Part shown: positions 37,333-54,064 of the stretch, piece after piece
Layout: every line of letters begins with the position of its first letter
Position numbering within the stretch: position 1 is the stretch's first letter
Assembly (NCBI GenBank): GCA_037447605.1
Contig: CM074811.1
Location: 2,976,001-3,040,000, forward strand
DNA length: 64,000 nucleotides
Origin: Zygnema circumcarinatum SAG 698-1b
Lineage: Eukaryota; Plantae; Zygnematophyceae
Direction of reading: 5' to 3'
Notes under the pieces: generated by a model
Seen by the model: the letters and a program-made list of their open reading frames with translations, nothing else
What the model was told of the DNA's origin: nothing
Databases searched by the model: none
Position numbers and translations under genes: made by a program

Positions 37333-40100
37333 CAAAACACGCGGCACGATGCTATTGACTTCAGCCGAATCACGACTTTATCAAGCATATCAGTAATCGC
37401 GAAATTTGGCCTCGATAAAGTTATACAGTTCCGTACCGCACTCTCGAAAATTTTGAGCCGTCGACCTCCGCCTCCGTCACCCCCGGCCGCTGCCGTACAT
37501 GTCTCCCTCCCTCCCTGCCATTGGCCTCTGACTCCCTCGCTCTCCCATAGACATGTCTCTCGCGTGAGCTTTTTCTCTCCACCATTGAACCCTCTCGCTC
37601 TCTCTCCGTGCTATTGACCTCTCTCTCTCTCTCCCTCCCTCTCTCTCTCACTGTCATTGATCTCCCTATCTCTCTTTCTCCCCACTATTGACCTCTCTAT
37701 CTCTCTCTCCCTCTCTCTCCCATTGCCATCGATCTCTCTATCTCTCTATCTATCTTTCTCCCTAATATTGAACTCGCTCTGTATCTCTCTCTCCCTTTCC
37801 CAACTGTCATTGATTTCTTTATCTCTCTTTCTCCCCAATATTGACCCCTCTCTCTCTCTCTCTCCCCCCCTGCCGTTGACCTCTTCCTGTCTTTCTCCTA
37901 TCTTCCTTCTGCTTTAAAGGCATGGCAGAGACCGTGGTCCCTGTATCCCCTCTCCCTGCAGTCCTGCCCTCCCCCGAATGGCCCGTCGTCCCCGAGTTCC
38001 TTATTTCGAGTTCCGCACTCACGGCCGGACTTGCTTGCAGATGGCTCCAAACAGTTTCTTCCTTTTTGGCAGCCACTGCGTTGATTAGCAGCCACTGATG
38101 ATGCCACTCCCACACTTTCTCCCACAGCCACAGCCTCTCTCCCTTCATGGCGGTCGTTACGGGGCGCAATTTGCGGAAAGTGTTCGTGACGGAGCTTATC
38201 CTCCGAGTCCTGCAGACCGGCTGTGCGATTATTGCGATCATCTTCATGGTGGACCTCACCAAGTGCTACGGCTACAGCACCTTCAAATACGTCACCGGGT
38301 TCAAGTACGCACGGAATATGGGCTGGCCCTGGTAGTTGGAGGGGGGGGGAGGGGGGAAGGGGAGAGGGGGGTACAGCAGGATTGAGGTCTGCACTTTGGG
38401 GGAAATGTATGCGTGTATGAATGCATGTATCATGCGCGTATTTTTTTTTTATTAGCGGTTTATGTGTATGTTGGTATGCCTGAGCATTCGCGCCATGGCA
38501 GGTACCTTGTGGGCACCGCCGGTATTGCGGCGGGATGGGCCTTCGCCATGCTCATTGTGGCAGGCATCGGAGCGGCCTCCAGGAAGGACCCCATGGGGAG
38601 TAGGAATGCCGCGATGTTCCGGCTCGCTGCAGACATTGTAAGTGGTTGGAAGGAGGGAGGGAGAAAGGGGGCCGGGGGGGAAGGGGAGAGAGGAGAGGGG
38701 AGAGGGGAGAGNNNNNNNNNNCAAAACACGCGGCACGATGCTATTGACTTCAGCCGAATCACGACTTTATCAAGCATATCAGTAATCGCGAAATTTGGCC
38801 TCGATAAAGTTATACAGTTCCGTACCGCACTCTCGAAAATTTTGAGCCGTCGACCTCCGCCTCCGTCACCCCCGGCCGCTGCCGTACATGTCTCCCTCCC
38901 TCCCTGCCATTGGCCTCTGACTCCCTCGCTCTCCCATAGACATGTCTCTCGCGTGAGCTTTTTCTCTCCACCATTGAACCCTCTCGCTCTCTCTCCGTGC
39001 TATTGACCTCTCTCTCTCTCTCCCTCCCTCTCTCTCTCACTGTCATTGATCTCCCTATCTCTCTTTCTCCCCACTATTGACCTCTCTATCTCTCTCTCCC
39101 TCTCTCTCCCATTGCCATCGATCTCTCTATCTCTCTATCTATCTTTCTCCCTAATATTGAACTCGCTCTGTATCTCTCTCTCCCTTTCCCAACTGTCATT
39201 GATTTCTTTATCTCTCTTTCTCCCCAATATTGACCCCTCTCTCTCTCTCTCTCCCCCCCTGCCGTTGACCTCTTCCTGTCTTTCTCCTATCTTCCTTCTG
39301 CTTTAAAGGCATGGCAGAGACCGTGGTCCCTGTATCCCCTCTCCCTGCAGTCCTGCCCTCCCCCGAATGGCCCGTCGTCCCCGAGTTCCTTATTTCGAGT
39401 TCCGCACTCACGGCCGGACTTGCTTGCAGATGGCTCCAAACAGTTTCTTCCTTTTTGGCAGCCACTGCGTTGATTAGCAGCCACTGATGATGCCACTCCC
39501 ACACTTTCTCCCACAGCCACAGCCTCTCTCCCTTCATGGCGGTCGTTACGGGGCGCAATTTGCGGAAAGTGTTCGTGACGGAGCTTATCCTCCGAGTCCT
39601 GCAGACCGGCTGTGCGATTATTGCGATCATCTTCATGGTGGACCTCACCAAGTGCTACGGCTACAGCACCTTCAAATACGTCACCGGGTTCAAGTACGCA
39701 CGGAATATGGGCTGGCCCTGGTAGTTGGAGGGGGGGGGAGGGGGGAAGGGGAGAGGGGGGTACAGCAGGATTGAGGTCTGCACTTTGGGGGAAATGTATG
39801 CGTGTATGAATGCATGTATCATGCGCGTATTTTTTTTTTATTAGCGGTTTATGTGTATGTTGGTATGCCTGAGCATTCGCGCCATGGCAGGTACCTTGTG
39901 GGCACCGCCGGTATTGCGGCGGGATGGGCCTTCGCCATGCTCATTGTGGCAGGCATCGGAGCGGCCTCCAGGAAGGACCCCATGGGGAGTAGGAATGCCG
40001 CGATGTTCCGGCTCGCTGCAGACATTGTAAGTGGTTGGAAGGAGGGAGGGAGAAAGGGGGCCGGGGGGGAAGGGGAGAGAGGAGAGGGGAGAGGGGAGAG
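37333..40100. other. Exact 1389-bp tandem duplication (37333-38711 and 38722-40100), each copy ending at a 10-N gap; probable assembly artefact
   Basis: Identical ORF sets offset by 1389 nt in the track; both copies break at the same GA-rich position. Confidence 0.8.
39311..39487 (+). pseudogene. Relic / uORF CASP-like first exon upstream of paralog 3 (duplicate at 37922-38098)
   Basis: 58-codon ORF MAETVVPVSPLP...ALTAGLACRWLQTVSSFLAATALISSH-TGA-TGA resembles paralog 1 exon 1 (MAETAVP...VVAASLRAAQVVLSFVALIVMATAS). Confidence 0.5.
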
Positions 40101-40742
40101 NNNNNNNNNNGAGAGGGGAGAGGAGAGAGGGGAGAGGGGAGAGGGGAGGGGAGGGGGAGGGGATGTGAGGGGAGAGGAGAGGTTGAGAGGAATGAAGGAA
40201 GAGGGAGCGGGACGAATGGGAAGGGCAAGGAGGAAGTGAGGATAAAGAGGAAAGCGGGAGAGGAAGTGGGAGTGTGGGAGGGGAAGTAGTGGAATACAGA
40301 GAGGAGAAGCGAGATAGAGGGAGGCAGGTGGGGAGGGAGTGGCGGATGAAAATGGGAGGGAGAGTACCAGAGGGTGAAGTGGGGGAGAAGAAGGGAGAGA
40401 TCAGGGCGGAGAAATATAGGAAGATTCTGCTCTAACACAATTCCATTTTCCCCATCACCTATGTTTTTTATTTTTATTTTTTCTTTTTGTATTATCTTTT
40501 TGCAGGCCGTCATTTTTCTCGTGTTTGGTGCCGGCTGCGTGTCAGCGACTGTGATCGACCTTTTTGGAAGTGACGCCTGCGATTATTTGTGCGACAAGTT
40601 TTGCAGTTTTTCAAAGGCGGCCACAGCAATGGCTTTTGCGTTGTGGGCCTTTCAGCTTCGCTCCGTCTACCACTCGGTCACATTGGTCTATGACGTCACA
40701 GAGGGTTCAGAACTCTCTCGCACGGTTCTGTCCATCACTTAG
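39536..40742 (+). CDS. CASP-like four-TM protein, paralog 3 (exons 1-2 also duplicated at 38147-38304 and 38502-38637)
   Basis: Exons 39536-39693, 39891-40026 (136 nt) and 40506-40742: ELILRVLQTGCAIIAIIFMVD...FKYLVGTAGIAAGWAF...AADIAVIFLVFGAGCVSATV...CDYLCDKFCSFSKAATAMAFALW. Confidence 0.85.
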
Positions 40743-41090
40743 CCGCCGGTCATTGTGGAGGTTTCTTAAAGGATGTCTCCGGAGGGTTGAAGGTTTAGGG
40801 TTTGTAAGGTATTTGGATCTTAGGGATTCGGGTTTAGTAGGATCATTAGGGAATTTCTACCTTTCATGACATTCGACTACAAAATTGGCTCAATCATGAA
40901 GGAAGGCTCTCTCTCTCCGTCTCTTCTGAACAGAAACACATACCTCTCCCCACCTCCTTCTGAAACCATGAATCCTTATCCTTCCGCTATGTCTGTGCTC
41001 CTAAACCCTAAACCGGAAAACAACGAAAGAAAACAAAATGCATAAAAAATTACAACTCTGTTCCCTTCTCGCTTCCCTCTGCTCTCTGTA

Positions 41091-44000
41091 CTACTTTACG
41101 GGACTGAGCCCAAATTTCCGTCGCACGAGTCCGTTTAACTGAGGCCATCTGTCGTATCCGTGAATTACGGCAAATGGCCTCTCGCCCATAGAAGTGACCA
41201 CATTTCCTCCCACAATAATAAATGGCGCTTTTATTCTAAAAATGGTCAAAACCGGACCCCTCTCGTTGCTCTCCAATTTATGGCGCGGGAGAGACATCCT
41301 CAGCCTCCCTGAAAGGACACACGGGCCAAAAAAGAAATTAATATTTTATTTTTTCAAGTTGACTTTTTTTTCCGGGGGAGGTGGGGGTGGGGGAGGGGGG
41401 AAGGGGAATTGTGGTTACAGGGTTTGTAGGATTTTCTGGGGTCAGAAAGGTTTGAAAGGTTCACTTTTCCATGGCGGAAGGGTCTTAAGATGTTTGGGAA
41501 TTATCTTAGTCTAATGCTTAGCAAATTAGAGGGCTTCAGCACATGTAGAATATAAAATCTGCAGGTTCTAAAAAACCTCAACATTCCTGTACAAAAGTAA
41601 CCTCCTAAAGGCCAAGTAACTGTTCAATCCAACAGAAAAATGCTGCTGCCCTCTCCCTCCCTGCTTCTCTCTCTACCTGCACCCTCTCTCCCTCTTCCTC
41701 CCTCCCTCCCTCCCTCCCTCCCTCCCTCCCTCCCTCTCTCTCTGTCTCTCTCTCAGTTCCCCAAAAATAACTTTCCTATCCACTCACCTGATTTGATCAC
41801 GTGATTCAAGGTGGCCTGGTCGGCTCCAAAATTTCTCAAACAATATTTTGGGACGCGCGAAAACTCGACTCTCATGTCATTGAGAAGAAGTAAAACTTTC
41901 GAAGTTGGGCCCAAAATGAAGCCCGAACTGATCACGTGCGTGCCTCCGTAGGTCCATGCGATCCGTTCCGTAAAACAGCGCATCATCCACTGCCAGTTAT
42001 CCATCAGTTGGTCGCGCGCAACGGACGTGTTTGAGGGGTATATAGTCGACTCCTGAATGGGTACAAATGGGGTATTTGATTAAAGGAAGGGGGGAAGGGG
42101 AGAGAGGAAGGAGGGAGGGGGAGATGGGAGGAAGGGGGGAAGGGGAGAGAGGAGGGAGGGAGGGGGCGATGGGAGGGAAGGGGGGAAGGGGAGAGAGGAA
42201 GGAGGGAGGAGGTTGTGAGGGAGGGGGGAAAGGGGAGAGAGGAAGGAGGGAGAGGGGGAGGGGAGTGGGGAGGGAGAGAGGGAGAGAGGGATAGGAAATG
42301 CCCGAAGTGCTTCGTTCCAGTTCTTCACCCACTTCGATTTCCTTTTTCTTTTTAGGTTATTTTGGGCACCTGAAAGAAGTGAAGCTCGCTGTCGGGCAGC
42401 GCGTCAAAAGGATCTCCCAAAAAGGCGACGTCAAGGGAATCGCACAAAAGAGAAGTTCCGTTGTGGGCGGTCACTTTGAGAAATAATTCGAACACCAAAA
42501 ATCGTTCAATCCAGAACCCTAAATTAGAGTTCCGCCCTGCAAAGAAGCGGAGGAAGGCGAAGTGAAATTGTGAGGGGGGGAGGGGAGTGAATGAGAGGAA
42601 GGAGAGAGAGGGGCGGAGAGAGGGNNNNNNNNNNGGGGGGGGGAATTGTGGTTACAGGGTTTGTAGGATTTTCTGGGGTCAGAAAGGTTTGAAAGGTTCA
42701 CTTTTCCATGGCGGAAGGGTCTTAAGATGTTTGGGAATTATCTTAGTCTAATGCTTAGCAAATTAGAGGGCTTCAGCACATGTAGAATATAAAATCTGCA
42801 GGTTCTAAAAAACCTCAACATTCCTGTACAAAAGTAACCTCCTAAAGGCCAAGTAACTGTTCAATCCAACAGAAAAATGCTGCTGCCCTCTCCCTCCCTG
42901 CTTCTCTCTCTACCTGCACCCTCTCTCCCTCTTCCTCCCTCCCTCCCTCCCTCCCTCCCTCCCTCCCTCCCTCTCTCTCTGTCTCTCTCTCAGTTCCCCA
43001 AAAATAACTTTCCTATCCACTCACCTGATTTGATCACGTGATTCAAGGTGGCCTGGTCGGCTCCAAAATTTCTCAAACAATATTTTGGGACGCGCGAAAA
43101 CTCGACTCTCATGTCATTGAGAAGAAGTAAAACTTTCGAAGTTGGGCCCAAAATGAAGCCCGAACTGATCACGTGCGTGCCTCCGTAGGTCCATGCGATC
43201 CGTTCCGTAAAACAGCGCATCATCCACTGCCAGTTATCCATCAGTTGGTCGCGCGCAACGGACGTGTTTGAGGGGTATATAGTCGACTCCTGAATGGGTA
43301 CAAATGGGGTATTTGATTAAAGGAAGGGGGGAAGGGGAGAGAGGAAGGAGGGAGGGGGAGATGGGAGGAAGGGGGGAAGGGGAGAGAGGAGGGAGGGAGG
43401 GGGCGATGGGAGGGAAGGGGGGAAGGGGAGAGAGGAAGGAGGGAGGAGGTTGTGAGGGAGGGGGGAAAGGGGAGAGAGGAAGGAGGGAGAGGGGGAGGGG
43501 AGTGGGGAGGGAGAGAGGGAGAGAGGGATAGGAAATGCCCGAAGTGCTTCGTTCCAGTTCTTCACCCACTTCGATTTCCTTTTTCTTTTTAGGTTATTTT
43601 GGGCACCTGAAAGAAGTGAAGCTCGCTGTCGGGCAGCGCGTCAAAAGGATCTCCCAAAAAGGCGACGTCAAGGGAATCGCACAAAAGAGAAGTTCCGTTG
43701 TGGGCGGTCACTTTGAGAAATAATTCGAACACCAAAAATCGTTCAATCCAGAACCCTAAATTAGAGTTCCGCCCTGCAAAGAAGCGGAGGAAGGCGAAGT
43801 GAAATTGTGAGGGGGGGAGGGGAGTGAATGAGAGGAAGGAGAGAGAGGGGCGGAGAGAGGGAGAAGGGGGGGGAAGAAGGGCCGGGAGGGAAAACTTGTG
43901 GGAAAGATAGGAAGGGGAGGGGAGGGAGGAAGGAGGGAGGAGGAGGGAGGGAGGGAGGGAGGGAGGGAGGGAGGGAGGAGGGAGTGGGAGGGAGGGAGGG

Positions 44001-45232
44001 AGGGAGGGAGGAGGGAGGGAGGGAGGGAGGGAGGGAGGGAGGGAGTGGGAGGAGGGAGGAGGGAGGGAGGAGGGAGGGAGGGAGGGAGGGAGGAGGGAGG
44101 GAGGGAGGGAGGGAGGGAGGAGGGAGGGAGGGAGGTGGGAGGGAGGGAGGGTGGAGGGAGGGAGGGAGGGAGTGGGAGGGAGGGAGGGAGGGAGGGAGGG
44201 AGGGAGGGAGGGAGGGAGGGAGGGAGGGAGGGAGGGAGGGAGGGAGGGAGGGAGGGAGGGAGGGAGAGAGGGAGGGAGGGAGGAGGAGGGAGGGAGGGAG
44301 GGAGGGAGGGAGGGAGGGAGGGAGGGAGGGAGGGAGGGAGGGAGGGAGGGAGGGAGGTGGAGGGAGGGAGGGAGGGAGGGAGGGAGGAGGGAGGGAGGGA
44401 GGGAGGGAGGGAGGGAGGGAGGAGGAGGGAGGGAGGAGGGAGGAGGGAGGGAGGGAGGGAGGAGGAGGGAGGGAGGGAGGAGGGAGGAGGGAGGGAGGGA
44501 GGGAGGGAGGGAGGGAGGAGGGAGGAGGGAGGGAGGGAGGGAGGGTGGGAGGAGGGAGGGAGGGAGGGAGGGAGGAGGGAGGAGGAGGGAGGGAGGGAGG
44601 GAGGGAGGGAGGGAGGGAGGGAGGAGGGAGGGAGGGAGGGAGGGAGGGAGGGAGGGAGGGAGGGAGGGAGGGAGGGAGGGAGGAGGGAGGGAGGGAGGGA
44701 GGGAGGGAGGGAGGGAGGGAGGGAGGGAGGGAGGGAGGGAGGGAGGGAGGAGGGAGGGAGGGAGGGAGGAGGGAGGGAGGAGGAGGGAGGGAGGGAGGGA
44801 GGGAGGGAGGGAGGGAGGGAGGGAGGGAGGGAGGGAGGGAGGGAGGGAGGGAGGGAGGGAGGGAGGGAGGGAGGGAGGGAGGGAGGGAGGGAGGGAGGGA
44901 GGGAGGGAGGGAGGGAGGGAGGGAGGGAGGGAGGGTGGGAGGTAAAGAGAGATCATCAACGAACATTCACCTTTAGTTGGAGACCGATAAACCTGCAGAA
45001 TCACATTTTTCTGATCCACCCATCCCCGCGGGTATCCCTTTGCGAAAACCACCACAAGTGCGTTCTTTACATTTACTTGGAACGATTTTAAGAACACTGT
45101 CAAATTTCGCTCTTCCAAATTTGTGGCCATGGTCAGAATTAGTCGACTTGGCCAGTCTTGGGGCACCTCCTTTAGGGGCTCTAGCCAGAACACCTCGTCT
45201 TCGTTGGATCCGTCTTCATGGGGCTCCTCAAC

Positions 45233-45315
<83 letters not shown>

Positions 45316-46043
45316 GAGAGAGAGAGGGGGGAGGGGGTGAAAGTTAGGAGAAGAAGCGACAGGAGAAGGAGGAGACCGAAAACAGGATCGCATTGCAGCC
45401 CAAAGCCCTCAATCCTGAACCCCGAGTCTTGAACCCTAAATCTGAAACCCTAAAGATTGAACCAAAGCTTGTAGATCCTAGCATAAACCTGAGACCTTCA
45501 ACCCTCAATTCCCAATAAACCGTAAATCAGTATCTTTCAACCTTCAATATTAAATCCTGATGCCTACTTCCAAATTGTAAAATCTCAAGTCTTAAAAGCA
45601 TATACGCTGGATCCAAATCCTAAAACTCTTTCACTCTAAACCCTCACCTTAACCCTAAACCATAATTTCTAACTCTAAACATTAGACCCTGACCCTCAAC
45701 CCTAAGCCCTAAACCTTAATGCAGAACCCATCCCATCAACCCTAATTTTAAACCCTAAACCCTAACCCTACACCCTAACCCTAAACTCTTAAACCGCGCA
45801 AACCCTAACCCTAAACCCTATAAACTTACTCTCGCGAGTTTTTCGAATGGGGAGCTCCTCCCTCTGAGTCGCAACCACCTCCTCCACCTCCGGTTCTCTG
45901 CGGCCTCCGTTCCCCACTGTCCGCAGTTGCCGGAAGGCCAACGGAACTACGAGCATGGCAGCCGTCACAAGGAACGCCATCCAAACGCAGCGATTGCGGC
46001 GGCTTCCATGCCTCCTCAGAGCCCGCTTCACCTGCCGCCTCAT
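41091..46043 (-). CDS. Type II membrane GT-A-fold (nucleotide-diphospho-sugar transferase-like) glycosyltransferase of an uncharacterised family
   Basis: Exons 46043-45830, 45231-44971, 43773-43607, 43289-43025 and 41308-41091, phases consistent. N-terminal basic stretch plus TM (VWMAFLVTAAMLVVPLAF). Motifs ERFLVF, LLCDSLDVAFLGDPF, VISSGFILG, DQATLN, GPVLT and VIHGYDR. Exons 3-4 appear a second time at 42536-42370 and 42052-41788. Confidence 0.75.
41403..43861. other. 1237-bp direct duplication straddling the 10-N gap at 42625-42634; probable unmerged contig overlap
   Basis: Identical ORFs offset by 1237 nt (41753 vs 42990, 41997 vs 43234). Confidence 0.8.
43830..44940. repeat. ~1.1 kb (GGAG)n polypurine microsatellite in intron 2 of the glycosyltransferase gene
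   Basis: Near-pure GGAG/GGAGG units. Confidence 0.97.
45420..45822. repeat. Degenerate AAACCCT / AACCCT telomere-like array in intron 1 of the glycosyltransferase gene; more telo-boxes upstream (46050-46225)
   Basis: e.g. AAACCCTAAACCCTAACCCTACACCCTAACCCTAAAC. Confidence 0.8.
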
Positions 46044-46587
46044 CGTCAGGGTTTAGGGTTTAAGCCGCGGGATTTAAGCCTCAGTCTATGAATTTGGGGT
46101 TTAACCCTTAGGGTTTAAAGTCTTGGGGTTTCTGGATCAAAGAAATCTGAAAGAATTCAGGTTCACGGTCTTCAGTCTCAGAAAGTAGGGCTCAGGGTTC
46201 AGGGTTAGGGGTTAGGGTTTAAGGTCTCTGAGCTCAGCGAGTGCTCAGGATTCGCAGGGTTTCTGGTTTCTGGTCCCAAACTTTTGGAGGGCCTTTGGGA
46301 AATGAAAAAAAGTGAAGATTCGAGGGTCGGAGGGCTTTTCAGGGGCGTCATGCCGAATAGTGTGACGTGACAAAACTATTTTTTATGAGCTTCGGCCAAT
46401 GGGGGAGACACACGTCAACTTTACCGTTGGGAAAGGAATCTCTGGCGGAATAGAATCCTACGTGGTAAAGGACAATCCAACGTGGCGTTATGCTCGGTAT
46501 CCACGTGGCAAAAAGATTCTTTCGTCAATATGCCGTACCAGAAGACGACGAGATAAAGATTCTGATCCGTACGAGTTTTCTTTTTCA

Positions 46588-47004
46588 GTAGTGCTAAACT
46601 CACACCTTTTTTTTGTCTAGACACAGACCTTTTTTCGCCGGGCAGATTTTAAAATAGACAAAAAGGATTAAAACCCAGAAATGTTATGATATGTTCGCTG
46701 GGACCGAGGCCCGGCTGCAGATCGAACGGTGATCTGCCATGATGCGATCTGTGATTAAGTCGACGGCGGAGATTCACCGCACGTGTAAAGGACGGCCACC
46801 TGCGAACGATCTCGTGGCGGACGGATCTTCCGCTCAGTGCGGATTGTAAAATAAAATCTGCCCGACGGAACAAGGTCTGTATCGATTCCAAATAGGTGTG
46901 AAAAAAGCATTTTCTGTTTTTAATCCTTTTTTGTCAATTTTAAATTCTGCCCGGCGAAAAAAGGTCTGTGCCTAGGCAGAAAAGGTGTGAATTTAGCACT
47001 ACCC
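46588..47004. mobile_element. Internally deleted relative of the Harbinger-like element, with ~90-bp inverted ends
   Basis: GTAGTGCTAAACTCACACC...CGCCGGGCAGATTTT at the left and AAATTCTGCCCGGCG...GGTGTGAATTTAGCACTACCC at the right. Interior matches 33070-33400. Confidence 0.7.
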
Positions 47005-47301
47005 TTTTTTTTTTTTCACATGTTCAGTGTCGAAGGTGTTGTACACTGAGAAATTTGCGGGCAGCCGTCCGCGTTCGTAGAAAGTTAGGGTAGTTGGATA
47101 AAATTTTCACTACCAGCTCGGCATCTGGTTCCAAAAGAGCATGAACGCAAGTTTTTGTTGTTTTCTTCCTAAGAATAAATCCCACTTCGAACACTTACCT
47201 ACGCTGTTTCCTACTGCAGCTAATGTCCCTAAGACCCTAAATCCCTAAATACCATATACTCTAAAACCCTAAATACCCTAAACCCTAAAGCTCTAAATAC
47301 C

Positions 47302-52415
<5,114 letters not shown>

Positions 52416-52649
52416 GGCTCCGACAGCTCAAAAGGATCCTGCCGCCGAGGTTAGGTCAACGGATTTTAGGGTTTCGGGTTAGGGTTTAAGCGGTTAGGGT
52501 TTACATTCGGGGTTTAGGTTTAGGATGTGCGCGTACTGCAATTTCCCTTTCACAGGAGGTTCAAAATTAGGGCCATGTCAGCGTCTCTTGTGTTTGGACG
52601 TCGTTAACGGCACCATAGAGAGGGCGCTAACGGCACGATGAAGCTGTCA

Positions 52650-53185
52650 ACCACCGACCAATCGTACGAGCACTAGACGACAAAACATGTACGAATAGGA
52701 CCTTGTGAGGCGGGGCGGCCACCGACAATTCATTCGGATTCTGTTCAGATCAGTGCGAAAAAGACACGGGCGACTGGCAACCACCGACCATACACATGCT
52801 AGACGACAATAATTGTACGAATAGAACTGTGCGAACGGGGGCAGTCACCGGCCATACACATGATAGACGACAATACGAGTACGGATGGAACTTGTGCGAA
52901 CGGGGCAGCCACCGGCCATACACATGCTAGACGACAATACGAGTACGGATGGAACTTGTGCAGACGGGGCAGCCACCGACCATACACATGCTAGACGACA
53001 ATACTAATCACGGGTGGAATACGGGTGGAACAATTGCGGAGGAGGCAGCCACCGACCATACACATCCTAGACGACAATAATAGTACGGATGGAACTTCTG
53101 CGGACGGGGCAACCACCGACCATGTAGACGGATGATAGACGACAAGGCTTTGTACAAACAGGGCTTGTGCGACGGGGCGGCCTGC
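52650..53185. repeat. ~64-bp minisatellite x ~7 between the divergent PIP and O-fucosyltransferase-like genes
   Basis: Unit CACCG(A/G)CCATACACATGCTAGACGACAATA...GTACG(G/A)ATGGAACTTGTGC...GGGGCAGC starting at about 52650, 52781, 52846, 52910, 52974, 53050 and 53114. Confidence 0.9.
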
Positions 53186-54064
53186 TTGTCGTTTGTGATG
53201 AGCGGAAGCAAATCGTCATATCGCCGGCGTACTGACAGTAACCGACAGATCGCGCCGGTGCCGGCAGCATGTCAAAGTACCGTACGGTGACGGCGGGCGG
53301 CGGCGCAGCACTGGCAAGTTTTGTCGGCCACAGCCGATACTTCGGCGATATCAGCGATATCGGCAATATCTCGGAGTTTTAAAGCTGTTCAACAGGGCAA
53401 AAAGGGAAATGGACGCCATCCACGAAGCCAGAAAGTGCCTAGAACTTTGACAGCGACTTGGCAAGTTGTCATCAAACTTTGTACCATTTCTTTGACCATT
53501 TTTGACATTTCCAGAAGATGCACTTTTTGAAACTAGTACCTGTTTGTTGAAATGAATCAGGTTTTCGAATGTACTGATTTCAAATCTGGATGATGAAGCG
53601 CCACGAGAAGGTAGACACGCCCGAATCTCAATCTTCCGTCAAACCTTGGAAAAATCATTATCGCCGTTTTACTCAAACTTGAGTTCGAAATCAGTACGTT
53701 TTCTGTTGCTTCTGAGCGTATTTCCCTGGACACGAATACGAGTTTCGAGCTTAGTACGAGCTTAGTATTTTGACAGGCTCTACAGTAATGATTGTCGGTG
53801 CCCGTTTTGAAGGTTTTGACTCTCCTCATGGAGGCTGTCGCCAACCGTTGGCAGTTTGGGGGCGCTTGGACGCGTTCAGTTTGTCTTGCAAGCAGGAGGC
53901 GGCCCGCGGAGAACTGGACCGGCGGTCGACGTGCATGGCAGAAAAATAAATAAATAAAATGGGGGGAGAGGAGGGAGAGGGAGAGGGAGAGGGAGAGGGA
54001 GAGGGAGAGGAAGGAGGAGGAGGGAGAGGGAGAGGGAGAGGGAGAAGCGGCGCATGAGATAGCC

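Noticed and set aside
39485-39490. Selenocysteine recoding of TGA-TGA
   Set aside because: I identified no SECIS, there is no redox-motif context, and CASPLs are not known selenoproteins.
37333-40100. A fourth CASP-like gene from the tandem copy
   Set aside because: The copies appear identical and both end at 10-N gaps, and only one exon 3 exists; most likely an assembly duplication. Long reads would settle it.
41403-43861. In-frame tandem duplication of glycosyltransferase exons 3-4
   Set aside because: The phases would allow it, but apparent full identity including introns across a 10-N gap indicates an unmerged overlap.
52650-53185. CRISPR-like array
   Set aside because: Units are repeated along their whole length with no unique spacers, there are no cas genes, and the context is eukaryotic; it is a minisatellite.
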